Virus record (IMG/VR): IMGVR_UViG_3300020213_000023
Coordinates: 31,046 to 95,045 of that record
Source of the DNA: a virus
Direction: 5' to 3' (one strand)
DNA length: 64,000 nt
Made by a program: the position numbers and the translations under genes
Part shown: positions 47,781-57,207 of the stretch, piece after piece
Position numbering within the stretch: position 1 is the stretch's first letter
Layout: every line of letters begins with the position of its first letter
The notes under the pieces: generated by a model
Databases searched by the model: none
Seen by the model: only the letters and a program-made list of their open reading frames with translations
Told to the model about the DNA's origin: nothing

Positions 47781-49720
47781 TACCGCTCCCGGATCTGGAT
47801 GAGCTGAGCCTTCGCGACAGGACGTGCCACGGAGCGTGGATACACGCAGGCAGGGTCAAACAAGGAAACACCCTCCGCGATACACCTCAAACTATGCACA
47901 CACACGACACAACTCAAGCGCTGGGTGAGGAGGCGATCGACGTCAACCTTGTTATCGAGCAAACGCATGATAGCAGGCTCTACGGTGTTACGTCCCAGCA
48001 AACGGTAAACAGTTACGTTTTTCGTTTGCCCAATCCGGTAATTTCGGTCGAGGCTTTGGAGGTACGCCCCCAGGGAATAGGTCAACGAGAAGTACACCAT
48101 GTACTGCGCCGCGTTGAGCGTGATACCCACGCCGGTCGAGACCTGCGCCAGATAAACACGTACGGAGGGATCTTCGTTGAATCGGTCCGCGAGGTCCTGG
48201 ATACGTGAACCGGTCTTGCCGTCCACGCGCACATAGGACGTGCCCTGGCTGACAAGCTGAGCTTCGACGAGATTCAGCTCCCACTGGTAGTAACACCAGA
48301 CGATGACCTTGTTGGGCGGGTCGATAAGCAGGGTGTCGAGCAGCTCGACCAACGCGTCCAGCTTCGGATTCTCATCGAACAACGTAACCGTGTCTGGGAG
48401 AGGTTCCGGCGCGACCTTGCAACGGTCAGTATACGGGCTCACGCCGTTGGCAACGCAGTCCAACAGATGTCGACAGCCGCCCATCTCGACGTCGTTGCAG
48501 AGGGTCTTGGGGTTATTGTTCTTGATCAAGAACCCTGAGCTGATCTGCAACAGCTTGGTCAGCATCACCGCGCGGTGTGGGAGTTCAGCTGCGGGCGGCA
48601 GTTGGTCATGTGCCGTACCTCCAAGTTGTGCAATGAGCAGTTCGATATCCAGCGCCATCTCAGACACGAGCTGGTTATAGATGACCGCTTGATGGCGAGA
48701 CAGTTCGTATTCGATGTCTACGAACGTTTGCTCAGGGAGGTCCAGGCACTCTGACTTCTTACGACGGAGCGAGACGAATAGCGTACGGGCGTTCAATATA
48801 TCTAGGTTCTTATAACCCAAAACTACGTGGGAATTCGGACCGGCCATCTCCACGAACCTACGCTTGTACGCGACCATGCTTTCCGGCATGAAGTGGTCAC
48901 CCAAGAACCGGAACTGTCCGTATAGATCGAGGGGTGACCCTAGTGTTGGCGTTCCGGTCATGATGACCTTCCGGGTCGCCTTCTGTCCCAGCTCGTGCGC
49001 TGCCTTGGTACGAGCGGATTCCCATTTGGCGATCAGGTGGCTTTCATCACCGATGACCGTTCGGTAGGGCACGTTATCGACGATGGCGTCCACGAAATTA
49101 CGTGCCGTGTCATATGTCAAAAGAAGGATGTCTACCTCCCCGGCAGCCGCACGGTCTACCGCGGCGGTCTTCTCCTTCTTGGTCCCGAGAAGGGCGGTCC
49201 AACGCAGCTGCTTACCTGAGTGTTTGTCGATCTCCTTGCCCCAGTTCTTCACGGTCACCAACGGACCTAGAATGACTGCAGGTTGACGCTCTCCAAGGAA
49301 ATGCTGGAGGCGTAGAAGATCGATGGCGATCTTCGACTTGCCTAGTCCCGGGTCCAGGAAAAGCGCTGACCTCAGGAAATAGAACGCATGACAGAGCGAC
49401 TCGACCTGGTGCGCGAACGGGTTCGTGATGAACGTAAAGCCGCCTGGAAGGATCCTGTCCTTGTACTTCCGTTCGATCTCATCGAGGCTCGTGATGTAGT
49501 CCTGTGCTGTAGGTGAAAATTCGACCGCCATACGCTGTGCCAAGACCTTCAGGTCGTCGACCACTTTCAACGCGGCCGGATAGTACGCGGGGTACATCCA
49601 AACGTGGCGATCCGCGTCCCACGTAGCGCCGAATGGGCGGTCGAGGTCCTTGAGGTGTCCGGCCGCGAGAAAAACAGGAACTCCGTTGCTGGAAGTCCCC
49701 ATGCGAATAATGACTTTCAC
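47780..49720 (-). CDS. SNF2-family helicase/ATPase
   Basis: PFAHQ, DPGLGKS, DESH, TGTP, GVGITL, QSLDRNYRIGQ. Confidence 0.92.
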   Translation of the reverse strand: MKVIIRMGTSSNGVPVFLAAGHLKDLDRPFGATWDADRHVWMYPAYYPAALKVVDDLKVLAQRMAVEFSPTAQDYITSLDEIERKYKDRILPGGFTFITNPFAHQVESLCHAFYFLRSALFLDPGLGKSKIAIDLLRLQHFLGERQPAVILGPLVTVKNWGKEIDKHSGKQLRWTALLGTKKEKTAAVDRAAAGEVDILLLTYDTARNFVDAIVDNVPYRTVIGDESHLIAKWESARTKAAHELGQKATRKVIMTGTPTLGSPLDLYGQFRFLGDHFMPESMVAYKRRFVEMAGPNSHVVLGYKNLDILNARTLFVSLRRKKSECLDLPEQTFVDIEYELSRHQAVIYNQLVSEMALDIELLIAQLGGTAHDQLPPAAELPHRAVMLTKLLQISSGFLIKNNNPKTLCNDVEMGGCRHLLDCVANGVSPYTDRCKVAPEPLPDTVTLFDENPKLDALVELLDTLLIDPPNKVIVWCYYQWELNLVEAQLVSQGTSYVRVDGKTGSRIQDLADRFNEDPSVRVYLAQVSTGVGITLNAAQYMVYFSLTYSLGAYLQSLDRNYRIGQTKNVTVYRLLGRNTVEPAIMRLLDNKVDVDRLLTQRLSCVVCVHSLRCIAEGVSLFDPACVYPRSVARPVAKAQLIQIRER

Positions 49721-49809
49721 AGGAACCCCTTTGGTACCACGTCTATGTGATAAACCTGAAACATTCCGACGTAAACCAAGGGAAAGCGCTACCTTTCCGC
49801 GCCGTCGGT

Positions 49810-49819
49810 GGCCTAGAAT
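49810..49819 (+). promoter_or_regulatory. Putative promoter GGCC-TAGAAT for the portal/RNAP operon
   Basis: Same CC-TAnnnT motif as at 28120, 56860 and 60203, at the main strand switch. Confidence 0.55.
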
Positions 49820-49837
49820 TCAACCGAGGTCCTGTCG

Positions 49838-51610
49838 ATGTCCCAAAACGATCCCACCCTCGGCGACTTGTACGCACCGTCGAGTTCCCACGGCTCGCCG
49901 TTGTTCGACTTCCTCACGGCGTTCGCGCCTCGGAAGCTCAAGGACCTCTTCAAGCTGTGCGAGTACCTGTACTTCAACAGCTCGCAAATCTACGCGGCGC
50001 TGCAGAAGTTCTGTACGTATCCTGTCACTGACATCACCTACGACACGACCAACGAAGCACTGAAAACAAAATACAAGAACCTCCACGACAAGACGATCAA
50101 AACCAAGAGACGCCTGATTCAGGCGGCCACGGACAAGTTCGTCTACGGAAACGCGTTCTTCTCGATCTACATGCCGTTCGTGCGTTTCCTGCAGTGCAAC
50201 CACTGCAAGCAACTGACGAACATCGCGGCGGTGGACTACAAATTCAAGATCAAGAAACTTGAATTTACGTACAGGTGCGCCGCTTGCGACAAACAGGCCA
50301 CCGGGGACGTACAGGACCGCAAGGTCACCCGTCCTGACAAGGTGGCCATCATTCGGTGGGACCCGAAGCTGATGGACATCGACTACAACCCCATCACACA
50401 ACACAGCGAGTACTACTACACGATCCCGAAGGAATTGAAGGACCGCGTCGTCAAGGGAAACCACCACGTCATCAACACGATGCCGATGGAATTCCTCAAA
50501 GCGATCAAGGAGGACAAGATCTTCAAGTTCTCTGAAGGTCAGATCTTCCATATGAAGATGGATGCGCCTGCAGGCATCGAAGCCCAGTGGGGCTTCCCGC
50601 CGCTGGCATCGACGATCAAATTGTTCTTCTACGCAGCCGTGCTGCGTAAGGCGAACGAAGCCATCGCGCTCGACTACATCGTCCCTCTCCGTATCGTCTC
50701 GCCCAAGGTCGCGTCCAGCAACGCAGACCCGTTGCTCACGATCTCGCTCGATAAGTGGGCGAATGAGATGAAGCACAGCGTCAAGCGTTGGCGGCGCGAC
50801 CCTCTCCACATCATGTGGTCGCCGATTCCTGCAGAGGTCACACACCTAGGAGGGCAGGCGCGTGCACTGATGACCTTGGGTGAAGTGCAAGCGGCTGAGG
50901 ACAACATCATCGCGGCGCTGGGTTTGCCGAAGGAGTTCATCTACGGCGGCTTCTCCGCGATGGGCTCAGGCATCCAGTTGCGTGTTCTTGAGAACCAGCT
51001 GATGCACCAAACCAATGACCTCAACGATTTGCTGCAGTGGATCACTGACAAGTTCGCGAAGCTGCTCGGCTGGCCCTCGGTCAACGTGGAATTGGCGCCG
51101 TTCAAGTTCATCGACGACGTGCAGCAGAAGACCCTGCTGTTGCAGCTCCACATGTCCAATCCCCAAGACCCCATGCTGTCGAAGGGGACGTTGGGCGAAG
51201 CGTTCGATGTCGATCCTGCTGAAGAGCGGAAACGCAAACATCAAGAAGCGTTGGACGACATGAGGGCACAGCAAGAACTGCAACAAGAAATGCAGAAACT
51301 GCAAAATACGCTCGCGCAGCAAATACAGGCCCAACAAGCAATGGGTCAACAGGGGTTGCAGTACGACCAACAACAAATCATCGCGCAAGCGGACACCATG
51401 GTAGAGCAGATGATGGGCATGGACCCTGGAACACGGCGCTCACAAATGCATGCACTCGAGGTCGAGGACTTCGTCATGTTCTCCGTGGTCTCGCGCCGCA
51501 TGGAAAACATGCAGACGGCGCAAAACCACGAAGCAATCACGGCGGCGCGGCAGGGGGGAGACCCAAGCGGAGGTGGTAGCGGCGGCGGTCCTCCTGGGAT
51601 GATGGGTTGA
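49838..51610 (+). CDS. Portal protein
   Basis: IFHMK..WGFPPL and IIAALGLPKEFIYGG portal-like motifs; CxxC..CxxC insertion; Q/M/G-rich tail. Confidence 0.75.
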   Translation: MSQNDPTLGDLYAPSSSHGSPLFDFLTAFAPRKLKDLFKLCEYLYFNSSQIYAALQKFCTYPVTDITYDTTNEALKTKYKNLHDKTIKTKRRLIQAATDKFVYGNAFFSIYMPFVRFLQCNHCKQLTNIAAVDYKFKIKKLEFTYRCAACDKQATGDVQDRKVTRPDKVAIIRWDPKLMDIDYNPITQHSEYYYTIPKELKDRVVKGNHHVINTMPMEFLKAIKEDKIFKFSEGQIFHMKMDAPAGIEAQWGFPPLASTIKLFFYAAVLRKANEAIALDYIVPLRIVSPKVASSNADPLLTISLDKWANEMKHSVKRWRRDPLHIMWSPIPAEVTHLGGQARALMTLGEVQAAEDNIIAALGLPKEFIYGGFSAMGSGIQLRVLENQLMHQTNDLNDLLQWITDKFAKLLGWPSVNVELAPFKFIDDVQQKTLLLQLHMSNPQDPMLSKGTLGEAFDVDPAEERKRKHQEALDDMRAQQELQQEMQKLQNTLAQQIQAQQAMGQQGLQYDQQQIIAQADTMVEQMMGMDPGTRRSQMHALEVEDFVMFSVVSRRMENMQTAQNHEAITAARQGGDPSGGGSGGGPPGMMG

Positions 51611-51620
51611 AAGGATTTCC

Positions 51621-52016
51621 ATGGGAAAAAACGACGCACCTCCGTCCTTCGCGGACCTCATCGAGAGCGCGCAGAAGGCGCCAGAGCGCAACGTCATGCG
51701 CGGGGCCGAACTGTCGAGCCCGTTCGGAACGCCTCTGCCTCCCGAACACCGGGTTGTCGATGACGACCCTAGGTCAATCGCCGGAGTTCCCGAATTCGAT
51801 TACCGAGCACACGTCAAGTACCTGACACTCCCTACGGACGCAGGGGACTACGAACAGATCCTCAACGATGCGTTGTCAGGTAAGTGCATCATCCGATCGG
51901 AGCAAACGACCTTTACTAAGGAAGGCGATTGCATCGTCGTGGTCATTTATTTGACCAAGCTGGAACAGCCGCGTCGTCCGAATCGACGTCGTGAAGAGGA
52001 CGACTACAGGCGCTAG
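51621..52016 (+). CDS. Hypothetical protein
   Basis: AAGGA SD; lies between portal and RNAP. Confidence 0.65.
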   Translation: MGKNDAPPSFADLIESAQKAPERNVMRGAELSSPFGTPLPPEHRVVDDDPRSIAGVPEFDYRAHVKYLTLPTDAGDYEQILNDALSGKCIIRSEQTTFTKEGDCIVVVIYLTKLEQPRRPNRRREEDDYRR

Positions 52017-52051
52017 TTGGGTCTTTTACCAAGAGCCACGGGAGAATTTGA

Positions 52052-55000
52052 ATGGCAAACACGCCCCTCACGCCTGTAATGGTCGACTCGTTTACGCGAC
52101 GGGTGGAGATTCGTCGCAAGGCGATCGAAGGGCTGATGCAATCCTTCCCGCTCAAGGCCCGGTCGTACACAGTCGAGTTGTTGAATCCACGAGTCGAGGC
52201 ACAGGAGTTCTCGTCCCGAGAACAGAAGGCCGCGATTCTCGAGGGCCGGTCGTTGAACGAGCGCGTCCGCGGCGACCTGATCGTACGTGACGCGCAAGGC
52301 AACATTACGAGCGACGCCAAGGGGTTCACCCTTCTCCACTTGCCGTACTTCACGCCGCGTCACACGTTCATCGTCGACGGCACTGAATACAGTGTTTCCA
52401 ATCAGATCCGCACGAAGCCTGGCGTATACACCCGACGGCGCGGCAACGAGGACCTCGAAGCCTCGTTCAACCTGTCGAAAGGCGGCAACTTCCGTGTCCT
52501 CATGGAACCAGAGAAGGGGCACCTCTTCGTCCAGCCAACGCACTCGACGACACGGATCCCGTTGTACCCCGTCCTACGTGCGCTCGGCGTGCCGCACCAG
52601 GACATCGCAGGGAACTGGGGCAATGAAGTAGCTACGCTGAATCGCGACGCATTCAAGAACCCCGAAAAGCACGTCGACAAGTTCTACGCGAACTTCATCC
52701 ATCCCGCCCAACAGACGCACACGTCGCTCGATGAGAAGGTCCGTGCGCTTCACGGATATCTCGATACGACCGCGATGGACCCGCACGTCAACAAGGTCAC
52801 GCTGGGCCATGGTTACGAAAAGGCGTCACCTCAAGCAATCCTGGCCGCCTCGAAGAAGCTTCTCGACGTCCACCGTGCTGCGGACGACACCGACGATCGA
52901 GACTCTCTAGCGTTTAAGACGTTTCACTCTGTCGACGACTTCATCAAGGAAAGGCTCGCGCTCGATGCGCGGTCGCAACGGATGAAGATGGGCATCAAAC
53001 TGGAAGCCCACAAGGGAGACATCCGAAAGGCGCTACCGTCTGCGCCATTCACACGAACCATCAATTCGTTCCTGACGGGATCGTCGCTGTCCGCAGTGCC
53101 GACGCAGATCAACCCAATGGAACTTATCGATCACGCGGTTCGAGTCACCTCGCTCGGCGAAGGCGCCATCTCGTCCGAACGCGCGATTCCGCTGGAGGCG
53201 CGCAATCTGCACGCGACTCACTTTGGGATCATGGATCCGGTAAGAACCCCGGAGAGCTTCAAAGCGGGCATCGACATTCGCGCAGCTCTGTCTACCCGCC
53301 GGGACACGCAAGGCAACCTCTTCTCGACTTTGCGCAACCTCAAGACAGGGCGCACCGAGCACGTCAAGGCCGAGGACATTATGCACTCGGTCGTGGCGTT
53401 CCCTCACGAGGACGTGCGACCAGGCAAGATGGTGGACGCGCTGACTCGAGGTCACGTGCAGCGTGTTCCCGCTTCGCAGGTGACGCACCAAGTCGTGCAC
53501 GTGTCTGACCTCTACGGACCGACGACGAACCTCCTGCCGTTCCTCAACGGCATGCAGGGCAACCGCTCGTTGATGGCATCCAAGCACCAGAGCCAGGCGC
53601 TGTCCCTGATTCATCGGGAGGCGCCGCTCGTGCAGGTTCAGTCGTGGAAGCCGGGCTCCTCCGTCGAACAGGAGATGAACAAGCTCATCGTCCCGACGTC
53701 ACCGGTGGCAGGGATCGTGTCGCACATCGACGACGACTACATCCACATCACGCCGGACAACCACAAAGCGGCGTCGAGCCCCACTGCCGTCGTCGTGAAG
53801 GGGAACCCACGGTTCATCGAGGGGAACGCAGAAGCCACGCGCTTCTACGATGAGATCAAGAAACATCTTGAATCTGTCGGCTACTCCGTAACGTTCGACG
53901 CGGGAGAGCCCTACACACAACCCGTCAACGCCGACCTTTGGGTTGGACATAGCCGTGGGGCAGACCGTCTTCGTTTCGCGCCCAACACAACTCGAACCGT
54001 CGTACTGGGGAGCCCTCACCCGGATGCAATCAATCACCCGGACGATTCAGTTAACGCCCATTTGACGAATACGCCTCCGTCTATCGCTCACTTCACGTTG
54101 ACGCCAGAAATGAAAAACGCGTTGTCAACGATGCCGAGCAAAGGCGCGTCCGCTCCTTGGGAAGACCCCGGCGACGTCTATTCCGACTTCGTCAAGGTCG
54201 GCGACAACGGCAACATCAAGCTCCACTACGACCAAAACTTCCCGCTAGCGGCCAAGACGTACCTGCACAACGACATCAAGGTGAAAGCGGGTGACCGTGT
54301 TCGCGTGGGTCAGGTTCTCGCAACGTCCAACTTCTCGAAGGACGACACTCTAGCGCTCGGCACCAACCTGAGCGTTGCGTACATGCCGTACCGCGGCCTC
54401 AACACGAACGACGGCATCGTCGTGTCGCAGGGAGCCGCAAACCGTCTCGTCTCCGAGCACATGTACAAGCATGTCATGATCTTGACCGGAGGCGTGGAAG
54501 CGAAGCGCGAGAAGCACCGCGCGTACTTCGGTAACAAGTACACCGCAAAACAGTACGATAACCTCGACGAGGACGGTGTCGTCCGTCCCGGGGCGATCGT
54601 ACAGTCGCACGACCCGCTCATTGTGGCCGTTCGTCCGAATCAAGCCACAGGCAACGCAGTGCTATTGGGCCGCTTGTCCAAGTCGTTGGTCAAGCCGTTC
54701 TCCGAAGAAGTCGAGCTGTGGGACCACGATCGACCAGGCACGGTCATCGACGTGGCCAAGACGGGCGACCGCGTCACAGTCACCGTGAAGACAGAGGAGC
54801 ACCTCAACATCGGCGACAAGCTCTCCGGACGCTACGGCAACAAGGGCGTCATCGCGAAGATTGTCCCTGACCACCAGATGATTCAGGACGAGAAGGGAAA
54901 ACCCATCGATCTGCTCTTTACCTCTGCCGGCATCATCTCGCGTATCAACCCGGCACAGGTCATCGAGGCGTCTCTCGGCAAGGTCGCAGCGCACACAGGT

Positions 55001-56842
55001 AAACCCATCGCGGTCGAGAACTTCGCACCGCACGACAACGTGCAGTACGCGAAGGACATGTTGAAGAAGCACGGACTGTCCGACAAGGAGACCGTCTTCG
55101 ATCCGGTCACCAATCGGTCAATCCCCAAGGTGTTCGTCGGCAAGAGCTACATCCTCAAATTGTTCAAGACCACGGACTCGAACTGGTCAAGTCACGGAGC
55201 GGACCGGTACGACTTCAACCAGCAGCCATCGCGCGGCGGTGACGATGGCGCCAAGGCCATCGGCAAGATGGAATTTGACGGTCTCGTCGCACACAACGCG
55301 CGCAACGTGTTGAAGGAAGCTGCGTCTCTCAAGAGCCAGAAGAACGACGAATTCTGGCGCGCGATTCAGCTTGGCCTTCCGACGCCGACACCGCAGACCC
55401 CGTTCGCCTACAACAAGTTCCTCACGATGCTCGAGGGCGCAGGTGTCAAAGTCTCGAAGAAGGGGTCGCGCCTTTCGCTCGGGCCCCTCACGGACAACGA
55501 CATCGCGAAGATGTCGTCGGGAGCGCTCAAAGAGCCGCACAAGATGATTCGCGCTAAGGACCTGCACCCTGAAACAGGCGGCATGTTTGATCCCGCGACC
55601 ACAGGAGGGATGAGCGGAACGAAGTGGTCGCACGTCGAGCTGCACGAACCGCTCGTCAATCCCGTGTTCGAGGAGCCTGTGCGGCGCCTCCTGGGGCTAA
55701 CCCAGAAAGAGTTCACGGACCTGCACAGCAGGCACGGCGGCGCATGGTTTCGACAGGAGCTGGGACGTATCGACGTCGACTTCCGTTTGAAAGAGTTGCG
55801 TGACCGAAGCCGAACGCTCAAAGGCACTGCCCTTGATGACGTTGTCAAACAGATCAAATACCTCAATGCGTTGCAGGCTCAGAAGCTGTCGCCAGACTTG
55901 GCTTACGTGCTCACCAAGATTCCGGTGACGCCCCCGATCATCAGACCCATCCTCCCCCTCAAGGACGGCCGCCTGCAGGTCGGCGACGCCAACCTCCTCT
56001 ACCGCGACGCCTTCCTCGCCAACGACAAACTTCACGAGGTAAAGGGTGTGTTGCCCGCGAATGAACTGCATGCGCCGCGCAAGCATCTCTACGACGCAAT
56101 CAGTGCCGTATTCGGTGTGGGTGATCCAGTGAGCCCTACCACGGAGAAACGCGAGGCCAAGGGCTACCTCGCGATGATCACGGGTACACGCCCGGGAAGC
56201 GGATTCTTCCAGGGCAAGTTGATGAAGCGACAACAAGACATCTCAGGACGCGCGACCATCGCACCTGACCCGACGTTGTCGATGGACGAGATTGGCGTCC
56301 CGGAAGACATGCTATGGGGCATGTTCGGAAAGTTTGTTATCGGGCGTTTGGTTAAGCGCGGCTACACGGCTCTGGACGCACAGAAGATGGTGGAGGAGAA
56401 AGCGCCGCTCGCCCGACAGGAACTGCTTATCGAGGCGAAGGAACGTCCGGTCATGGTGAACCGTGCACCATCGCTCCATCGCTTCAACATCATCGGAGCC
56501 TTCCCCCGCATCACGACAGGCAAGACGTTGATGCTGAATCCCTTCGCTGAAAAGGGAACGAACGCAGACTACGATGGCGATGCAATGCAGATCCACGCGC
56601 CTGTGACCCCCGGAGCGGTCGAAGACGTCAAGCGGATGACGTTGTCGCACCTGCTATTCAATGACCGGCGCCCCGGCCAGTTGAACGTGGCACCAGACAT
56701 GGAAGCCATCATCGGGCTCCACCGCGCCACAGGGGCCAAGTCCGACAAGGTCACAAAGCACTTCGCTTCGAAGGAGACCGCGTTGGCCGCGTACCACCGC
56801 GGGGAAATTTCCCTGGCGGACACGATCGAGATTGCCAAGTAA
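52052..56842 (+). CDS. rpoB: Phage multisubunit RNA polymerase, beta fused to the N-terminal part of beta'
   Basis: beta motifs FIVDG, DPVRTPE, NRSLMASKHQSQA, GDKLSGRYGNKG, SRIN, IGKME; beta' motifs IPVTPPIIRP, GRATIAP, NRAPSLH, NADYDGD (56561-56581). Confidence 0.95.
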   Translation: MANTPLTPVMVDSFTRRVEIRRKAIEGLMQSFPLKARSYTVELLNPRVEAQEFSSREQKAAILEGRSLNERVRGDLIVRDAQGNITSDAKGFTLLHLPYFTPRHTFIVDGTEYSVSNQIRTKPGVYTRRRGNEDLEASFNLSKGGNFRVLMEPEKGHLFVQPTHSTTRIPLYPVLRALGVPHQDIAGNWGNEVATLNRDAFKNPEKHVDKFYANFIHPAQQTHTSLDEKVRALHGYLDTTAMDPHVNKVTLGHGYEKASPQAILAASKKLLDVHRAADDTDDRDSLAFKTFHSVDDFIKERLALDARSQRMKMGIKLEAHKGDIRKALPSAPFTRTINSFLTGSSLSAVPTQINPMELIDHAVRVTSLGEGAISSERAIPLEARNLHATHFGIMDPVRTPESFKAGIDIRAALSTRRDTQGNLFSTLRNLKTGRTEHVKAEDIMHSVVAFPHEDVRPGKMVDALTRGHVQRVPASQVTHQVVHVSDLYGPTTNLLPFLNGMQGNRSLMASKHQSQALSLIHREAPLVQVQSWKPGSSVEQEMNKLIVPTSPVAGIVSHIDDDYIHITPDNHKAASSPTAVVVKGNPRFIEGNAEATRFYDEIKKHLESVGYSVTFDAGEPYTQPVNADLWVGHSRGADRLRFAPNTTRTVVLGSPHPDAINHPDDSVNAHLTNTPPSIAHFTLTPEMKNALSTMPSKGASAPWEDPGDVYSDFVKVGDNGNIKLHYDQNFPLAAKTYLHNDIKVKAGDRVRVGQVLATSNFSKDDTLALGTNLSVAYMPYRGLNTNDGIVVSQGAANRLVSEHMYKHVMILTGGVEAKREKHRAYFGNKYTAKQYDNLDEDGVVRPGAIVQSHDPLIVAVRPNQATGNAVLLGRLSKSLVKPFSEEVELWDHDRPGTVIDVAKTGDRVTVTVKTEEHLNIGDKLSGRYGNKGVIAKIVPDHQMIQDEKGKPIDLLFTSAGIISRINPAQVIEASLGKVAAHTGKPIAVENFAPHDNVQYAKDMLKKHGLSDKETVFDPVTNRSIPKVFVGKSYILKLFKTTDSNWSSHGADRYDFNQQPSRGGDDGAKAIGKMEFDGLVAHNARNVLKEAASLKSQKNDEFWRAIQLGLPTPTPQTPFAYNKFLTMLEGAGVKVSKKGSRLSLGPLTDNDIAKMSSGALKEPHKMIRAKDLHPETGGMFDPATTGGMSGTKWSHVELHEPLVNPVFEEPVRRLLGLTQKEFTDLHSRHGGAWFRQELGRIDVDFRLKELRDRSRTLKGTALDDVVKQIKYLNALQAQKLSPDLAYVLTKIPVTPPIIRPILPLKDGRLQVGDANLLYRDAFLANDKLHEVKGVLPANELHAPRKHLYDAISAVFGVGDPVSPTTEKREAKGYLAMITGTRPGSGFFQGKLMKRQQDISGRATIAPDPTLSMDEIGVPEDMLWGMFGKFVIGRLVKRGYTALDAQKMVEEKAPLARQELLIEAKERPVMVNRAPSLHRFNIIGAFPRITTGKTLMLNPFAEKGTNADYDGDAMQIHAPVTPGAVEDVKRMTLSHLLFNDRRPGQLNVAPDMEAIIGLHRATGAKSDKVTKHFASKETALAAYHRGEISLADTIEIAK

Positions 56843-56856
56843 ACTCGCGCCGGTTC

Positions 56857-56865
56857 ACCTATAAT
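56857..56865 (+). promoter_or_regulatory. Putative promoter ACC-TATAAT, leaderless
   Basis: Perfect TATAAT at 56860-56865, then 6 nt, then GTG 56872; no SD. Confidence 0.65.
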
Positions 56866-56871
56866 TCCGAC

Positions 56872-57207
56872 GTGAGCACCATCGTGAAAGAGGCCTACGA
56901 CGAGGGCGTCGCAGAGGCGCTCACCAGGTTCGGCCTCAAGGAAGCGGCAAACGAGATCCGCCTCAAAATCCCCAAGCGGGAGTTTCACGGTTTCGACGCA
57001 GCGTTCAAGCCGCGCGTGAAGGCGCTCAAGGAAGCCAACAGCGAGCCACTCGAACCGCAGGCATCGCCAGAGCAGCCTGCGGAGATGCTCGCGGACATAT
57101 TGCAGACGTTAAGCCTGCCAGCACCTCCAGGGGAGCAAAAACATACGGCGGTTGACCGCCCTGTTTTCTGGGGCAGCCCCACGGACGCAAGTAAAGGAGC
57201 CGTTTAA
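56872..57207 (+). CDS. Putative head-internal protein with shared N-terminal leader
   Basis: KEAYDEGVAEALTRFGLKEAA. Confidence 0.7.
   Translation: MSTIVKEAYDEGVAEALTRFGLKEAANEIRLKIPKREFHGFDAAFKPRVKALKEANSEPLEPQASPEQPAEMLADILQTLSLPAPPGEQKHTAVDRPVFWGSPTDASKGAV

Noticed and set aside
49820-50845. 341-aa - strand ORF
   Set aside because: Antisense to the portal gene, with no recognisable motifs
53765-54202. RNAP insertion as an intein or intron
   Set aside because: No Cys/Ser-start block A, no terminal His-Asn plus nucleophile, no LAGLIDADG motif; the frame is open and carries GHSRG instead
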